A DNA stretch of 55,655 bases. Origin: Cyanobacteria bacterium P01_D01_bin.156 (GTDB lineage: Bacteria > Cyanobacteriota > Cyanobacteriia > Phormidesmidales > Phormidesmidaceae). Position numbers and translations under genes: made by a program. The notes beneath the pieces were generated by a model. It made no database searches. It had not been told where the DNA came from and saw only the letters and a list, made by a program, of their open reading frames with translations. Location: contig JBCCQQ010000044.1 in assembly GCA_039024555.1 (NCBI GenBank), forward strand, positions 1 through 55,655. The letters run 5' to 3'. Each line of letters starts with the position of its first letter. Within the stretch, counting starts at the first letter, position 1. Positions 18,569-28,543 of this stretch are shown in pieces.

Positions 18569-18655
18569 TGTTGCTGATTTAGGAGATGAACCGATGTGTT
18601 CATGGTGTAGGCCATCTGAAAAATCAGATGGTAATCATCTCGAGGCTCAGCAACG
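18569..18655 (+). repeat. 87-bp dispersed hairpin element, copy 3
   Basis: TGTTGCTGATTTAGGAGATGAA...TCATCTCGAGGCTCAGCAACG. Confidence 0.8.
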
Positions 18656-18871
18656 ATTCTCGATACTTTACATTGCCCAATATTTCCCTATTTGCATCGG
18701 CTATTTGCAGCAATGCATTGTCTAGCGCAGCTGTAGGTGAGCGTTAGTAATGGCTAAGACTGAATTTATATCCATCCGTTTGGCACCATATTGAGATACA
18801 GCAACGTGTGTGAAACCTGGATACTGTAAAATCATTACCCCATTCGCGCTATCTCCAACGATTTAGAATCT

Positions 18872-19648
18872 ATGACTGCCCTCAGCGTTAACCTCAACAA
18901 AGTTGCTCTGATCCGTAACTCTCGTACTATCGGTATTCCCAGTGTTGTCCAGGCAGGAGAAGCCTGTATTCAAGCAGGTGCCTATGGTCTTACTGTTCAT
19001 CCCCGTCCAGATGAGCGTCATATCTGTCGTTACGATGTTTATGATTTGGCAGAACTGCTGGAAAAACATCCCACCATTGAGTTCAATATTGAGGGAAATC
19101 CTCTGGAACCTGGGTTTATGAAAATTGTGGGGGACGTAAAACCAAATCAGGTGACGCTGGTGCCCGATGACCCCAATCAGTTTACGTCGGACCATGGCTG
19201 GGATATTGCTAAGGATGGTCAGGCCCTAATACCGATTATTAAAGAAATTCAAGCGCTAGGGGCGCGGGTGAGTTTGTTTATGGATCCAGACCCGGATCAG
19301 ATTCGGTTAATTAAGGACCTAGGGGTGATTGACGGACCAACAGAAACTCGCATTGAACTCTACACTGAGCCCTATGCCACCGCAGCGCGTGAAGGGACTC
19401 AAGATGAGCTGGCGACTTTGCATACCACCTATGCGGTGGCGGCAAAGGTGGCTCAGGAGTGTGGTTTGGGTGTGAATGCAGGTCACGATCTAAATTTGGA
19501 TAATCTGCCCCAGTTTTTAAGGATTCCCAATATTTTAGAGGTTTCCATTGGCCATGCCCTGACCGCGGATGCATTGATGATGGGCATGGGTAATGCAGTT
19601 AAGGCGTATGTGGATGTTATCGCCCAGGCCAATCAGCAGTATCAGTAA
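18872..19648 (+). CDS. pdxJ: Pyridoxine 5'-phosphate synthase
   Basis: LSVNLNKVALIRNSR, TVHPRPDERH, VTLVPD, IELYT, NAGHDL, EVSIGHAL. Confidence 0.95.
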   Translation: MTALSVNLNKVALIRNSRTIGIPSVVQAGEACIQAGAYGLTVHPRPDERHICRYDVYDLAELLEKHPTIEFNIEGNPLEPGFMKIVGDVKPNQVTLVPDDPNQFTSDHGWDIAKDGQALIPIIKEIQALGARVSLFMDPDPDQIRLIKDLGVIDGPTETRIELYTEPYATAAREGTQDELATLHTTYAVAAKVAQECGLGVNAGHDLNLDNLPQFLRIPNILEVSIGHALTADALMMGMGNAVKAYVDVIAQANQQYQ

Positions 19649-20046
19649 TGGATAGTGCATCAGTTTCTCGCCACTTTACCGGCACCCCTTGGGAGTCGAA
19701 GGCTGGCTACTGCCGAGCGATGCGGGCGGGTAATCACATTTTTATTTCGGGAACGACTCCGGTGGATCATGAGGGTAATACCGTTGCTCCAGGGGATGGG
19801 TATGCCCAGGCGAAACAATGTTTTCGCATTATTCAAGAGACTCTGCGGACCATGGGAGCGAATTTGTCTAACATTGTGCGCACCCGCATGTATGTTACGG
19901 ATATTAGTCGCTGGCAGGAGTATGGTCAGGCTCACCAGGAGGCCATGGGAGCTTACCCACCCACCTCAACTATGGTGGAGGTTAAGGGGTTAATTCATCC
20001 CGATATGCTGATTGAGATTGAGGTGGATGCGCTGTTGTTTGATTAG
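19648..20046 (+). CDS. RidA/YjgF family protein
   Basis: WESKAGYCRA, ISGTT, VRTRMYV, PTSTMVEV..LI.P.MLIEIEVDA; overlaps the pdxJ stop by 1 nt. Confidence 0.9.
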   Translation: MDSASVSRHFTGTPWESKAGYCRAMRAGNHIFISGTTPVDHEGNTVAPGDGYAQAKQCFRIIQETLRTMGANLSNIVRTRMYVTDISRWQEYGQAHQEAMGAYPPTSTMVEVKGLIHPDMLIEIEVDALLFD

Positions 20047-20196
20047 GGGGCTGACCATATAACCATCAGTTAATTAGGTCCTTAAACCCTGATTCCTATT
20101 GACTTTTCCTTTTTTTATTAGGATTGTCGGACTGAGGGAGCTGTGACCGGTATAGTCTTTTCGAGAGAACGACTCTAAAGAATGTTGGAACACCCT

Positions 20197-21078
20197 ATGC
20201 CAAAACTACTTGTGACGGGAGCCAGTGGCTTTCTGGGTTGGAATTTGTGTCAGATGGCGGCACCGGATTGGGAGGTGTATGGTGTGTATCATGTGCGATC
20301 GCTAACCATTCCTGGCACTACGCTACATCAGGCAGATCTAACTAACCCCCTGGATTTAGCAATGTTGTTCCAAACGATTCAACCCGATGCGGTTGTTCAC
20401 CTGGCGGCTGAATCTAGCCCCAACCGTTGCCAAGAACAGCCAGAGGACTCTCACCGGATGAATGTTGTTGTCTCCCGTGAGTTAGCCCAGCGATGTGCTG
20501 ATGCAGAGATTCCCTTTGCCTTTGCTTCGAGTGATATGGTGTTCGACGGGTTAAATCCGCCCTATCGAGAAGACGCTCCTCCCTCTCCGGTGAATCTGTA
20601 CGGAGAACAAAAAGCACTAGCAGAATCAGAAATTCTGGCCTGTTACCCCAAGGCTGCCGTGTGCCGTATGCCCCTTATGTTTGGCGCAGCACCCCCCACG
20701 GCCCAAAGTTTTCTACAGCCTTTTCTACAAACCCTACGGGATGGACGAGTTCTCAACCTATTTGTGGACGAAGTCCGCACCCCTGTGAGCGGTACGACCG
20801 CGGCTGCAGGTATACTACTGGCCCTAAAAACGGTCCATGGCCTCATACATTTAGGCGGTAAGGAACGTATCTCCCGGTACGATTTTGGCAAACTGATGGG
20901 GGATGTATTTGACCTGCCCACTGCTGGAATTAAACCTAGCTATCAGCGAGATGTAAAAATGTCAGCGCCCCGCCCGCCCGATGTTTCTCTCGATAGTACT
21001 AAAGCATTTGCCATGGGATATGCCCCTGCTTCGGTACGGCAGCAGCTTGAAACGCTAAAGTACGAGCTGACAGCATGA
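20197..21078 (+). CDS. RmlD-like NAD(P)-dependent oxidoreductase (extended SDR)
   Basis: LVTGASGFLG, HLAA, SSDMVFDG, YGEQK, RPPDVSLD. Confidence 0.88.
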   Translation: MPKLLVTGASGFLGWNLCQMAAPDWEVYGVYHVRSLTIPGTTLHQADLTNPLDLAMLFQTIQPDAVVHLAAESSPNRCQEQPEDSHRMNVVVSRELAQRCADAEIPFAFASSDMVFDGLNPPYREDAPPSPVNLYGEQKALAESEILACYPKAAVCRMPLMFGAAPPTAQSFLQPFLQTLRDGRVLNLFVDEVRTPVSGTTAAAGILLALKTVHGLIHLGGKERISRYDFGKLMGDVFDLPTAGIKPSYQRDVKMSAPRPPDVSLDSTKAFAMGYAPASVRQQLETLKYELTA

Positions 21079-21288
21079 GCCTATACCCATGTCCATACCT
21101 CAGAGTATTCACTGAAACAATATGTTTATCTAAAAAAAACTTGTTAGACTTATCACGGGGATATAACAGACTCTTCTTAAAATTATGAACAAGGGAGAGA
21201 AGCTATACCGTTTCTTTACAGAATTCTTTCTGAGCTGTTGTTGATTGGTTGAATGCTGAAAGCATAGAGCCCCATTCTTATCCTTATT

Positions 21289-21963
21289 ATGAAAGCCCCT
21301 GTAGTTTTTAGTTCGTTACTAGCGCTCGCTGGAACAACCATCACTGCCGAGCGAGCTGAGGCGTCCATACCGGATGCAGAGACTATTAATGGCGATCTCA
21401 AGACCGCAATGTGCGACCAAGACTGGTACCAAGCGATCAAACTCTCCAGTCGGTTGATTGTCTCTCCAAATGTGTCTCCGGACTATCAAAAAACGCTAAT
21501 GGAATGGCGTAATCATTTCTATAGCTATGCGAAAGGTAATCAAAAGACAGATGAGATTCCAAGCTGTGGAGAACTGTCTGCCAGGTCTATAGAAACTGTT
21601 CAAAACTTTTCGAGCCCAGCTCCTCAGTTTTCTTCTACCTTTGCGTCTCCTGTTTCGTCTAGTGCGCCTCGCAGCAGCACGGATAGCTTTATTCGTTCCT
21701 CCAGTAGTGGACGCTCTCCCAATAACCTTTGGACCGTTGGGGTGCGGGCTGAAGGTAATCGCATTAGGGGTAAGCTGCTGAATAATGGATGGAACAACTT
21801 TAGAAATGTTACACTCACTTTGCGCTCTCGAAAAGTGGGGCATTCTACAAATGTGCGAACCGTGGCTATTGATACTGTTCGTGCCTGGAGTGAGACAGAA
21901 TTTGTAGCATCTTTTCCTGAGGCACCGGGTAGTTGGTTTATTGAAACCATTGAGGTGAATTAA
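21289..21963 (+). CDS. Secreted hypothetical protein
   Basis: Signal peptide ending AEA; CDQDW helical domain, Ser/Pro linker, C-terminal beta domain. Confidence 0.7.
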   Translation: MKAPVVFSSLLALAGTTITAERAEASIPDAETINGDLKTAMCDQDWYQAIKLSSRLIVSPNVSPDYQKTLMEWRNHFYSYAKGNQKTDEIPSCGELSARSIETVQNFSSPAPQFSSTFASPVSSSAPRSSTDSFIRSSSSGRSPNNLWTVGVRAEGNRIRGKLLNNGWNNFRNVTLTLRSRKVGHSTNVRTVAIDTVRAWSETEFVASFPEAPGSWFIETIEVN

Positions 21964-21967
21964 ATGT

Positions 21968-21999
21968 AGCCAACTGCTGAACGAGTTCAGCAGTTGGCT
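21968..21999. terminator. Hairpin between convergent genes
   Basis: AGCCAACTGCTGAAC-GA-GTTCAGCAGTTGGCT perfect inverted repeat. Confidence 0.65.
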
Positions 22000-22088
22000 G
22001 CGCCCATAGCTGCTGCTACTGATAGCTTGTATCGGTCACTAATGTTGTGAACTTATGGGTGCCAATCTATAGTTTCAAGAGCTGCGCA

Positions 22089-22481
22089 TTAGGCCACGCG
22101 CTCAATCAGAGATTCGATGCGCTCTTTCACTTCATCGCGCACACGGGGAAAAATCTCAGGTTGTTCAGCGGGGTCGTCTAGCTGCCAGTCGTCAAAATAT
22201 TCGCGCTCTAGCCACTCGGGAGGGAGACTGATACCACACCCACACATGGAAATAACAATATCAAAGTCTTCCGGGTTAAATTCACTTAGGGCATTGGAGG
22301 TTTGGTTACTAATATCAATGCCAATGGCGTTCATGGTTGCGATCGCTTCTGGACGCACCTGACTTGCTTCCAATCCGGAGCTAGTTACCTCAAGTTTTCC
22401 GCCGCCTAAGAGCTTTGCAAATCCCTCAGCCATCTGAGAGCGAGATGAATTTTTCTTGCACACAAACATGACGTGCTTCAT
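22089..22481 (-). CDS. arsC: Arsenate reductase, cyanobacterial glutaredoxin-coupled LMW-PTP type
   Basis: CKKNSSRSQMAEG P-loop, MCGCG redox cysteines, DWQLDDP. Confidence 0.92.
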   Translation of the reverse strand: MKHVMFVCKKNSSRSQMAEGFAKLLGGGKLEVTSSGLEASQVRPEAIATMNAIGIDISNQTSNALSEFNPEDFDIVISMCGCGISLPPEWLEREYFDDWQLDDPAEQPEIFPRVRDEVKERIESLIERVA

Positions 22482-22608
22482 AGGATTTGGCGTTTAGATA
22501 GATTAAATACACAACATATATTGCCAGTCTCCCCTGAGAAGAATCTGAGGAAAAGATTAACTTTGAACAGAAACCAAAAAAGGACCATACAGCCATGACG
22601 TTTTTACT

Positions 22609-22698
22609 GTTTGCTGATTTAGAGAATGACGTGATTGGTTAAACTCGCTACAAATCAATGTCGAGCAGATGAAATGCTATCGAGACGCTGCGATAACG
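22609..22698 (+). repeat. Decayed copy of the 87-bp element
   Basis: Left arm TTGCTGATTTAGAGAATGA retained; right arm degenerate, ending ATAACG about 90 nt later. Confidence 0.4.
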
Positions 22699-22729
22699 TC
22701 TATCCTCTGACTAAAGAGGAGCCGCTATC

Positions 22730-22749
22730 ATTTCAAATAGAGTTAAACT
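22730..22749. promoter_or_regulatory. Putative ArsR operator upstream of arsR
   Basis: ATTTCAA-N6-TTAAACT, variant of the site at 23239. Confidence 0.5.
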
Positions 22750-22755
22750 AATGCT

Positions 22756-23067
22756 ATGACAACCACTCAGGCACCTGTACTGTCGCTCTTCCAAGCCTTT
22801 GCAGATCCCTATCGCGTTCAGGTAGTCGAATTATTGCGTGAACAGGAACTCTGTGCCTGTGACATTGCAACCCATCTGGGCATTACGGCATCAAAGCTTT
22901 CTTTTCATCTTAAAACCTTAAAAGAGGCAGGCATTGTTCAAGGCAGACAGGAAGGGCGCTGGATTTACTACCGGTTGAATTTGCAGCAGTTCCTTGTTCT
23001 AGAACAGTATTTTTCAGAATTTCGCCGCAATAGTCCGGTGCTGCCCGCTCGTAACTGTCCGGACTAG
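22756..23067 (+). CDS. arsR: ArsR/SmtB family repressor
   Basis: FQAFADPYR, ELCACD metal-binding motif, SKLSFHLKTL, RQEGRWIYY. Confidence 0.9.
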   Translation: MTTTQAPVLSLFQAFADPYRVQVVELLREQELCACDIATHLGITASKLSFHLKTLKEAGIVQGRQEGRWIYYRLNLQQFLVLEQYFSEFRRNSPVLPARNCPD

Positions 23068-23238
23068 GATTTGTTAAGAAACTACTTCATGGTTTAAGCC
23101 TGAAAAGCTTGTTAAGCCATGATTTAAATGCATAAGGCCATGATTCTAATTTTTAACAAGACCTAATCTTGCCCATTTAAAATAAATTTGAAGTGGTTTT
23201 TAACGTATCCCTTCCAAATGTCGTCTTCGCGACTTGTA

Positions 23239-23258
23239 ATTTCAAGTTGAATTGAAAT
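23239..23258. promoter_or_regulatory. Putative ArsR operator upstream of gap-arsJ
   Basis: Perfect IR ATTTCAA-N6-TTGAAAT, similar to the ATCAA-N6-TTGAT cyanobacterial ArsR box. Confidence 0.6.
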
Positions 23259-23292
23259 AATTGAACTGTTGACATATTCCTCTACGGTTTCC

Positions 23293-24297
23293 ATGGCAAG
23301 AGTTGCGATTAACGGCTTCGGTAGGATTGGGCGCCTAGTCCTCAGGGCGAGCTGGGGCTGGCCAGATCTGGAGTTTGTTCACATCAATGAAATCAAAGGC
23401 GGTAGTGTCGCAGCCGCCCATCTGCTCAAGTTTGATTCGGTTCATGGCCGCTGGCAGCCAGATGTGGAAGCCACTACAGAGGATGAAATTCTGATTGATG
23501 GCAAACCCGTTAGCTTTAGCGAGCACAAAACACCGGGTGAGGTGCCCTGGGACGGCGTAGATATCGTTTTGGAATGTTCTGGCAAATTTCGCACCCCCGA
23601 GCTATTGGAGCCTTACTTTCAGCGTGGGGTAAAGAAGGTGATTGTGGCTGCTCCAGTGAAACATGGGGCACTCAATGTTGTGTATGGCATTAATGACCAT
23701 CTCTACAACCCTGATGAGCATCATCTGCTCACCGCCGCATCCTGCACAACCAACTGTTTGGCCCCAGTGGTTAAGGTGATTCAAGCAGGTCTGGGCATTA
23801 AGCACGGGGTGATTACCACCATCCACGACCAGACCAATACCCAAACCATTGTGGATACCCCCCACAAAGATCTGCGACGGGCACGGGCCACTGGGCTGTC
23901 GCTGATTCCGACCACCACGGGCTCAGCGACAGCCATCAGCATGATCTACCCCGAGCTTAACGGCAAACTCAACGGGGTGGCGGTGCGGGTGCCCCTGTTG
24001 AATGCATCCCTCACGGACTGTGTATTTGAAGTGGAAAAGCCAACTGCAAAAGCAGCCGTAAATCAGCTCTTTAAGACGGCATCCGAGGGGGAACTAGCTG
24101 GCATTTTAGGGTACGAAGAGCGGCCCCTGGTTTCCATTGACTACAAGGATGACCCCCGGTCTTCCATTATTGATGCGCTATCCACCATGGTGGTGGATGA
24201 CACCCAGGTAAAGGTTCTGGCTTGGTACGACAACGAATGGGGATATTCCAATCGGATGGCTGAATTGGCTCGGAAAGTGGCGCAAGGGTTGGGTTAG
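23293..24297 (+). CDS. gap: ArsJ-associated glyceraldehyde-3-phosphate dehydrogenase
   Basis: [25 protein letters not shown]; lies between arsR and arsJ. Confidence 0.92.
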   Translation: MARVAINGFGRIGRLVLRASWGWPDLEFVHINEIKGGSVAAAHLLKFDSVHGRWQPDVEATTEDEILIDGKPVSFSEHKTPGEVPWDGVDIVLECSGKFRTPELLEPYFQRGVKKVIVAAPVKHGALNVVYGINDHLYNPDEHHLLTAASCTTNCLAPVVKVIQAGLGIKHGVITTIHDQTNTQTIVDTPHKDLRRARATGLSLIPTTTGSATAISMIYPELNGKLNGVAVRVPLLNASLTDCVFEVEKPTAKAAVNQLFKTASEGELAGILGYEERPLVSIDYKDDPRSSIIDALSTMVVDDTQVKVLAWYDNEWGYSNRMAELARKVAQGLG

Positions 24298-24308
24298 CCA
24301 TGTAAAAG

Positions 24309-24470
24309 AATTCGGAATTTAGAAGTCGGAAGTCGGAAAATCTCTAAATTCCACACTAATTTGAATGCTGTACTCCCAATTCCGAAGATTGTCGAATTCG
24401 AAAGTCAGAAAAAGACAACTGCCTAACTCCAATTTTCGAACTCTTAATTCCGAATTCCGAACTCTCAATT
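24309..24470. repeat. Heptamer (STRR-like) tandem repeats in inverted blocks
   Basis: AATTCGG/AATTTAG/AAGTCGG/AAGTCGG followed by opposite-sense AATTCCG AATTCCG AACTCTC. Confidence 0.65.
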
Positions 24471-24527
24471 CAACAAACCTGTTTTTCTTTCTTTAAATCA
24501 CTCTTTAAAAACTGGATAGTCTAACTA

Positions 24528-25775
24528 ATGGACGCTTCTACCACAATTGACAAAGCCGGTATTCGCAACTATGCGATTGTGACCGCCGCCTACTGGGGGT
24601 TCACCATTACCGATGGGGCACTGCGGATGCTGGTGCTGCTTTACTTCCACACCCTAGGCTATACGCCGTTGGAAGTGGCGATGTTGTTTTTGTTCTACGA
24701 AATTTTTGGCATTGTCACCAACCTATTCGGTGGCTGGATTGGTTCGCAGTTTGGTGTAAAGCTAACGCTCTACGGTGGCATTGCTCTACAAATTGTGGCG
24801 TTGCTGTTACTTACCCCGGTAAATGATAGCTGGGCCATGGCCTTGGCGGTTCCCTATGTGATGGTGGCCCAAGCGATTTCGGGTGTTGCTAAAGATCTTA
24901 CTAAGATGAGTTCTAAAAGTGCCATCCGGTTAGTAATTCCTCAGAATGCGCAGTCTTCTTTGTTTAAGTGGGTGGCCATTCTCACCGGGTCAAAGAATGC
25001 TCTCAAGGGGGTGGGCTTTTTCCTGGGTGGGCTGCTGCTAGCCACATTGGGCTATGTCAATGCGCTGGTGATGATGGCTGTGGCACTGCTGGCTGTGCTA
25101 GTTTCAGGGCTGTGGCTACCGTCTGGCATGGGTAAGGTAAAAAACAAAGTAAAATTTAGCCAGCTTTTTTCTAAAACAAAAGAGATTAACATTCTCTCGA
25201 CGGCTCGCTTTTTCTTGTTTGGTGCCCGAGATGTTTGGTTTGTTGTCGGCCTGCCGGTATTTCTCTACAGTAACTTGAACTGGTCTTTTGAGCAGGTGGG
25301 TGGATTTCTGGCTATTTGGGTAATTGGCTATGGTATTGTGCAATCCCTAGCACCGACACTACTGCGTCGGTTTGGTTCAGGTGGACCGCCCCAGGCAAGC
25401 ACTATTCGTTTCTGGACCGGGTTTTTAACGGCGATTCCTGCAACCATTGCCATTGCCCTCCAGCTGGGACGTCCCCCAGGTCAAACGATTATTCTAGGAC
25501 TGATGGTGTTTGGTATTGTCTTTGCCTTTAACTCGTCAGTACATTCTTATCTGGTGTTGGCCTACACCGAAGATGACAAAGTTGCCCTCAATGTTGGGTT
25601 CTATTATATGGCCAACTCTGGCGGGCGATTGGCGGGAACAGTGTTGTCTGGGCTAATATTTCAGATCTATGGTCTGGTGGGCTGCCTTTGGGTATCGGCA
25701 GTGTTTGTGTTGTTGGCAGAGTTAGTTACCCTTAAGCTCCCTAACCCTAAGCCTGTAGGAGACCTGGTTAATTGA
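24528..25775 (+). CDS. arsJ: Organoarsenical efflux MFS transporter ArsJ
   Basis: YWGFTITDGALRMLVLL, AKDLTKMSSKS, LTGSKNALKG, FLFGARDVWFVV, GFYYMANSGGRL. Confidence 0.95.
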   Translation: MDASTTIDKAGIRNYAIVTAAYWGFTITDGALRMLVLLYFHTLGYTPLEVAMLFLFYEIFGIVTNLFGGWIGSQFGVKLTLYGGIALQIVALLLLTPVNDSWAMALAVPYVMVAQAISGVAKDLTKMSSKSAIRLVIPQNAQSSLFKWVAILTGSKNALKGVGFFLGGLLLATLGYVNALVMMAVALLAVLVSGLWLPSGMGKVKNKVKFSQLFSKTKEINILSTARFFLFGARDVWFVVGLPVFLYSNLNWSFEQVGGFLAIWVIGYGIVQSLAPTLLRRFGSGGPPQASTIRFWTGFLTAIPATIAIALQLGRPPGQTIILGLMVFGIVFAFNSSVHSYLVLAYTEDDKVALNVGFYYMANSGGRLAGTVLSGLIFQIYGLVGCLWVSAVFVLLAELVTLKLPNPKPVGDLVN

Positions 25776-25798
25776 GCTAATTTACTTGCACGCCACCA

Positions 25799-26620
25799 CT
25801 AGACAGCAACAATCTTAGACCCATCTTTGAATCGAAATGGTCCCTCAAAGTCTCCAACAAAAACTGTGTGGGAAACTAAAGTGTTGTTAGTCCACAGGTG
25901 CAGCTGATAGGCCGGAGGCTCCATAGCAAACTGGCTGGGAGCATCGGTAGCAAAATCAAGGCTGCTCTGGTGCGCCAAGCTAGGTTGGCTGGTGGCAATA
26001 GTTCCTGCCCACTCACAGTGAATCACCCGATGCAAATGACCACAGCTAATTCGTTTTACTTGGGGATGCTGACTAATCAGGTTAGCGAGTTGGTCAGATC
26101 CCTGGGGTAGCTTCCGATCCATCCAAGGAATGCCAGTGGCAAAAGGGGGGTGGTGCATAAACAACATGGTAGAAGTGTCTGGAGCCGCTAAAAGTTGTTG
26201 CTCTAGCCAACTCAGACGTTCTGGATCGATGCATCCCTGCCCTTTCCCAGGGATAATGCTATCTAGCATCACCATGCGAATGTCATAGTCTTCTACCACA
26301 TAGCTCAGATGAGCTGTCCCTGTTGCTAGATAAGTATGGTCTGAAAATGCCTGCTGTAGATTGTCACGGTTGTCATGGTTACCCGGCATTAAATACACAG
26401 GGCACTGCAGCGGTGCCAACATAGACCTTAACTGCTCATATTCAGCCACAGTTCCACCATGAACAAGGTCCCCGGAGGCAATAATGGCATCTGGAACAGG
26501 GGTTAACTCATTCAGCTGCGCGATCGCATCCACCACCAAGGCATTTGTATCTACAACGTTGTAGGCTAACTGTCCTGGGGCTTGGACATGTAAATCGCTA
26601 ATTTGGGCAATGGTGACCAT
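25799..26620 (-). CDS. Calcineurin-like metallophosphoesterase (CpdA/GpdQ-like)
   Basis: SDLH, SGDLV, PGNHD, MHHPP, CGHLH; last gene of the phnM-phnZ run. Confidence 0.88.
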   Translation of the reverse strand: MVTIAQISDLHVQAPGQLAYNVVDTNALVVDAIAQLNELTPVPDAIIASGDLVHGGTVAEYEQLRSMLAPLQCPVYLMPGNHDNRDNLQQAFSDHTYLATGTAHLSYVVEDYDIRMVMLDSIIPGKGQGCIDPERLSWLEQQLLAAPDTSTMLFMHHPPFATGIPWMDRKLPQGSDQLANLISQHPQVKRISCGHLHRVIHCEWAGTIATSQPSLAHQSSLDFATDAPSQFAMEPPAYQLHLWTNNTLVSHTVFVGDFEGPFRFKDGSKIVAV

Positions 26621-26622
26621 CT

Positions 26623-27168
26623 TTAAACACAAGCCGTTTCTAAAATAGGCTGAAAGTGGTCAAGATCCGGTGTTGTCAAATCCTTGACCTTCGCCAAATC
26701 ATCCCAACGACGTAGCTTAACTGCATCCACCGCACTGGGCTGCTGAATAAACGCTTCCGCTTTTTTAGGAGAAAAAATTCCTCCCTGCAGTTCTAAACTT
26801 TGTTTTGAAGCAGGAGACAGGGAAGCCCAATAGCCATCATCCACTGCACAAAGGTAGCGCTTCGCCGCCACATGGAGCTGAATCGGTAGGGTTACCGACT
26901 TAGGAAACAATGTTTCTAAGGCCGGTACCGCTCGATATTCATGGCGATCATCAATGCCTTGCTCCGCCGGATTATCACCGAGGTGATGGACCAAATGCCC
27001 TAAATCATGTAACAAACAGGCTGCAATCAGGTGTGGAGATTCACCACTTTCTTCAGCCAGCGTGGCACACTGCAAAGCGTGCTCTAACTGACTCACGGCT
27101 TCACCACCGTACTGGGCCTGACCACGATTGCGATAGAGCGTAAGAACTTGGTCTAAGTTAATAGTCAT
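26623..27168 (-). CDS. phnZ: Phosphonate-degradation HD-domain oxygenase, PhnZ-like
   Basis: YGGEAVSQLEHALQ, LLHDLGH, RHE, HVAAKRYL, SLELQGG, WDDLAK. Confidence 0.85.
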   Translation of the reverse strand: MTINLDQVLTLYRNRGQAQYGGEAVSQLEHALQCATLAEESGESPHLIAACLLHDLGHLVHHLGDNPAEQGIDDRHEYRAVPALETLFPKSVTLPIQLHVAAKRYLCAVDDGYWASLSPASKQSLELQGGIFSPKKAEAFIQQPSAVDAVKLRRWDDLAKVKDLTTPDLDHFQPILETACV

Positions 27169-27175
27169 GGGCTTC

Positions 27176-28336
27176 CTAAAGAGATTGCTTGACGGGCTGG
27201 CCGTTGATGTAAACAGCTCGGATGGCGTTGGGTAACGGATAGTCGGGGGTTAACAAGAGAAAATCGGCGTCGTGGCCGGGGGCGATTTTTCCTTTTTGGT
27301 CGCCAATTTTGGCGGCTTCGGCTGGATATTGAGAGACGCATTTCCAGGATTCCTCAAACGACAATAAATTTTTATCGGCTAAGAGAAAAGGTGCATAGAA
27401 GAGAGAGGGGTAATGATAGTCAGAACACAGACAGTCAAGAACCTTTGCCTGAGCGGCTTCAGTCACACTCATGTAGCCCACATGGGAACCGCCCCGTACC
27501 AGATTGGGTGCTCCCATAAGAACAGACGCTCCGTAGGCACGAGACTGTTCCGCTAGACTAATGTCTGCAGGGAACTCTGCGATCGCAACTCCCCGTTCTC
27601 GACTTTTAGCCACATCTGCCTCAGTCTCATCGTCGTGGGAGGCAATGGGCGTATCTAAGGCTTGGCAACGCTGCACTAGCGCTTCTACCTGGACCAACCC
27701 TTTATCTAAATTAGCAAAGGCCGTTTCCACTATAGTACGGATTTCGTCGTCGGAGCGTTTAATGCGTTGGCGTACGCTATGGGCATAGCGTTGGATACCT
27801 CGCTGATCGTCCGGGCTGTCTGGCAAATGATTGTTGAGGGACAGCAGCGTCACCTGACGAGACTCTAACCAATTACATAGCTCGTCATAGTCATCGGTGT
27901 TGGCCTGCTCGTGACGAATGTGGACACGACTGTCTGTTTTCAGACCACTATCAGCTGCGTTAATGCGTTCTACTAACTGACGAGCCATGGCTCGACTGCG
28001 CAACCCTGGCTCAAAAGAGTCGGTAATGGAATAGAAAAATGTGGTGATGCCCGCTGATAGCAGGGCCTGATCGTTTTCCACCAGAGCCATTTCTAACGGC
28101 ATCGACATACCGGGCCGAGGGGCAATTTTTCGCTCAAAGGCATCGCCGTGAATATCCACCAGACCGGGTACTAACTGTAGCCCTGTGCCATCGACAGTGG
28201 TGTAGCCGGGAGCGGCAGCCTGATCAACCGCAACAATTTTACCGTCGTCAATAAATACTGTCCCGTCGTCAATCCAACCATTGGGGGTGAGGACAGTAGC
28301 TCCTTGGATTGCTAGTTTCTGTTTGTCTAAAACCAT
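27176..28336 (-). CDS. Second, divergent PhnM-like amidohydrolase
   Basis: PGLVDIHGD, ASHDD, AEFP, MGAPNLVRGGSH, CSDYHY. Confidence 0.85.
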   Translation of the reverse strand: MVLDKQKLAIQGATVLTPNGWIDDGTVFIDDGKIVAVDQAAAPGYTTVDGTGLQLVPGLVDIHGDAFERKIAPRPGMSMPLEMALVENDQALLSAGITTFFYSITDSFEPGLRSRAMARQLVERINAADSGLKTDSRVHIRHEQANTDDYDELCNWLESRQVTLLSLNNHLPDSPDDQRGIQRYAHSVRQRIKRSDDEIRTIVETAFANLDKGLVQVEALVQRCQALDTPIASHDDETEADVAKSRERGVAIAEFPADISLAEQSRAYGASVLMGAPNLVRGGSHVGYMSVTEAAQAKVLDCLCSDYHYPSLFYAPFLLADKNLLSFEESWKCVSQYPAEAAKIGDQKGKIAPGHDADFLLLTPDYPLPNAIRAVYINGQPVKQSL

Positions 28337-28543
28337 CAAACCCTGACCTTTAGAAGAGTAACGAATTGAAAAACCGTTGCTGATGTCGGAGATAAAACGA
28401 GTCGCAGAATTTTGCAAAGTTCAGAATTTGCAAACTAAAATCCTCTGAAGGAACAGCAACGCCATTGAGAAAAAGGGAGGAAAAGAGGCTTTGGTGAGGA
28501 AGTTCTCTTGTGCCTCCCCGGTGATATCCGAGTGATTTTGAAG

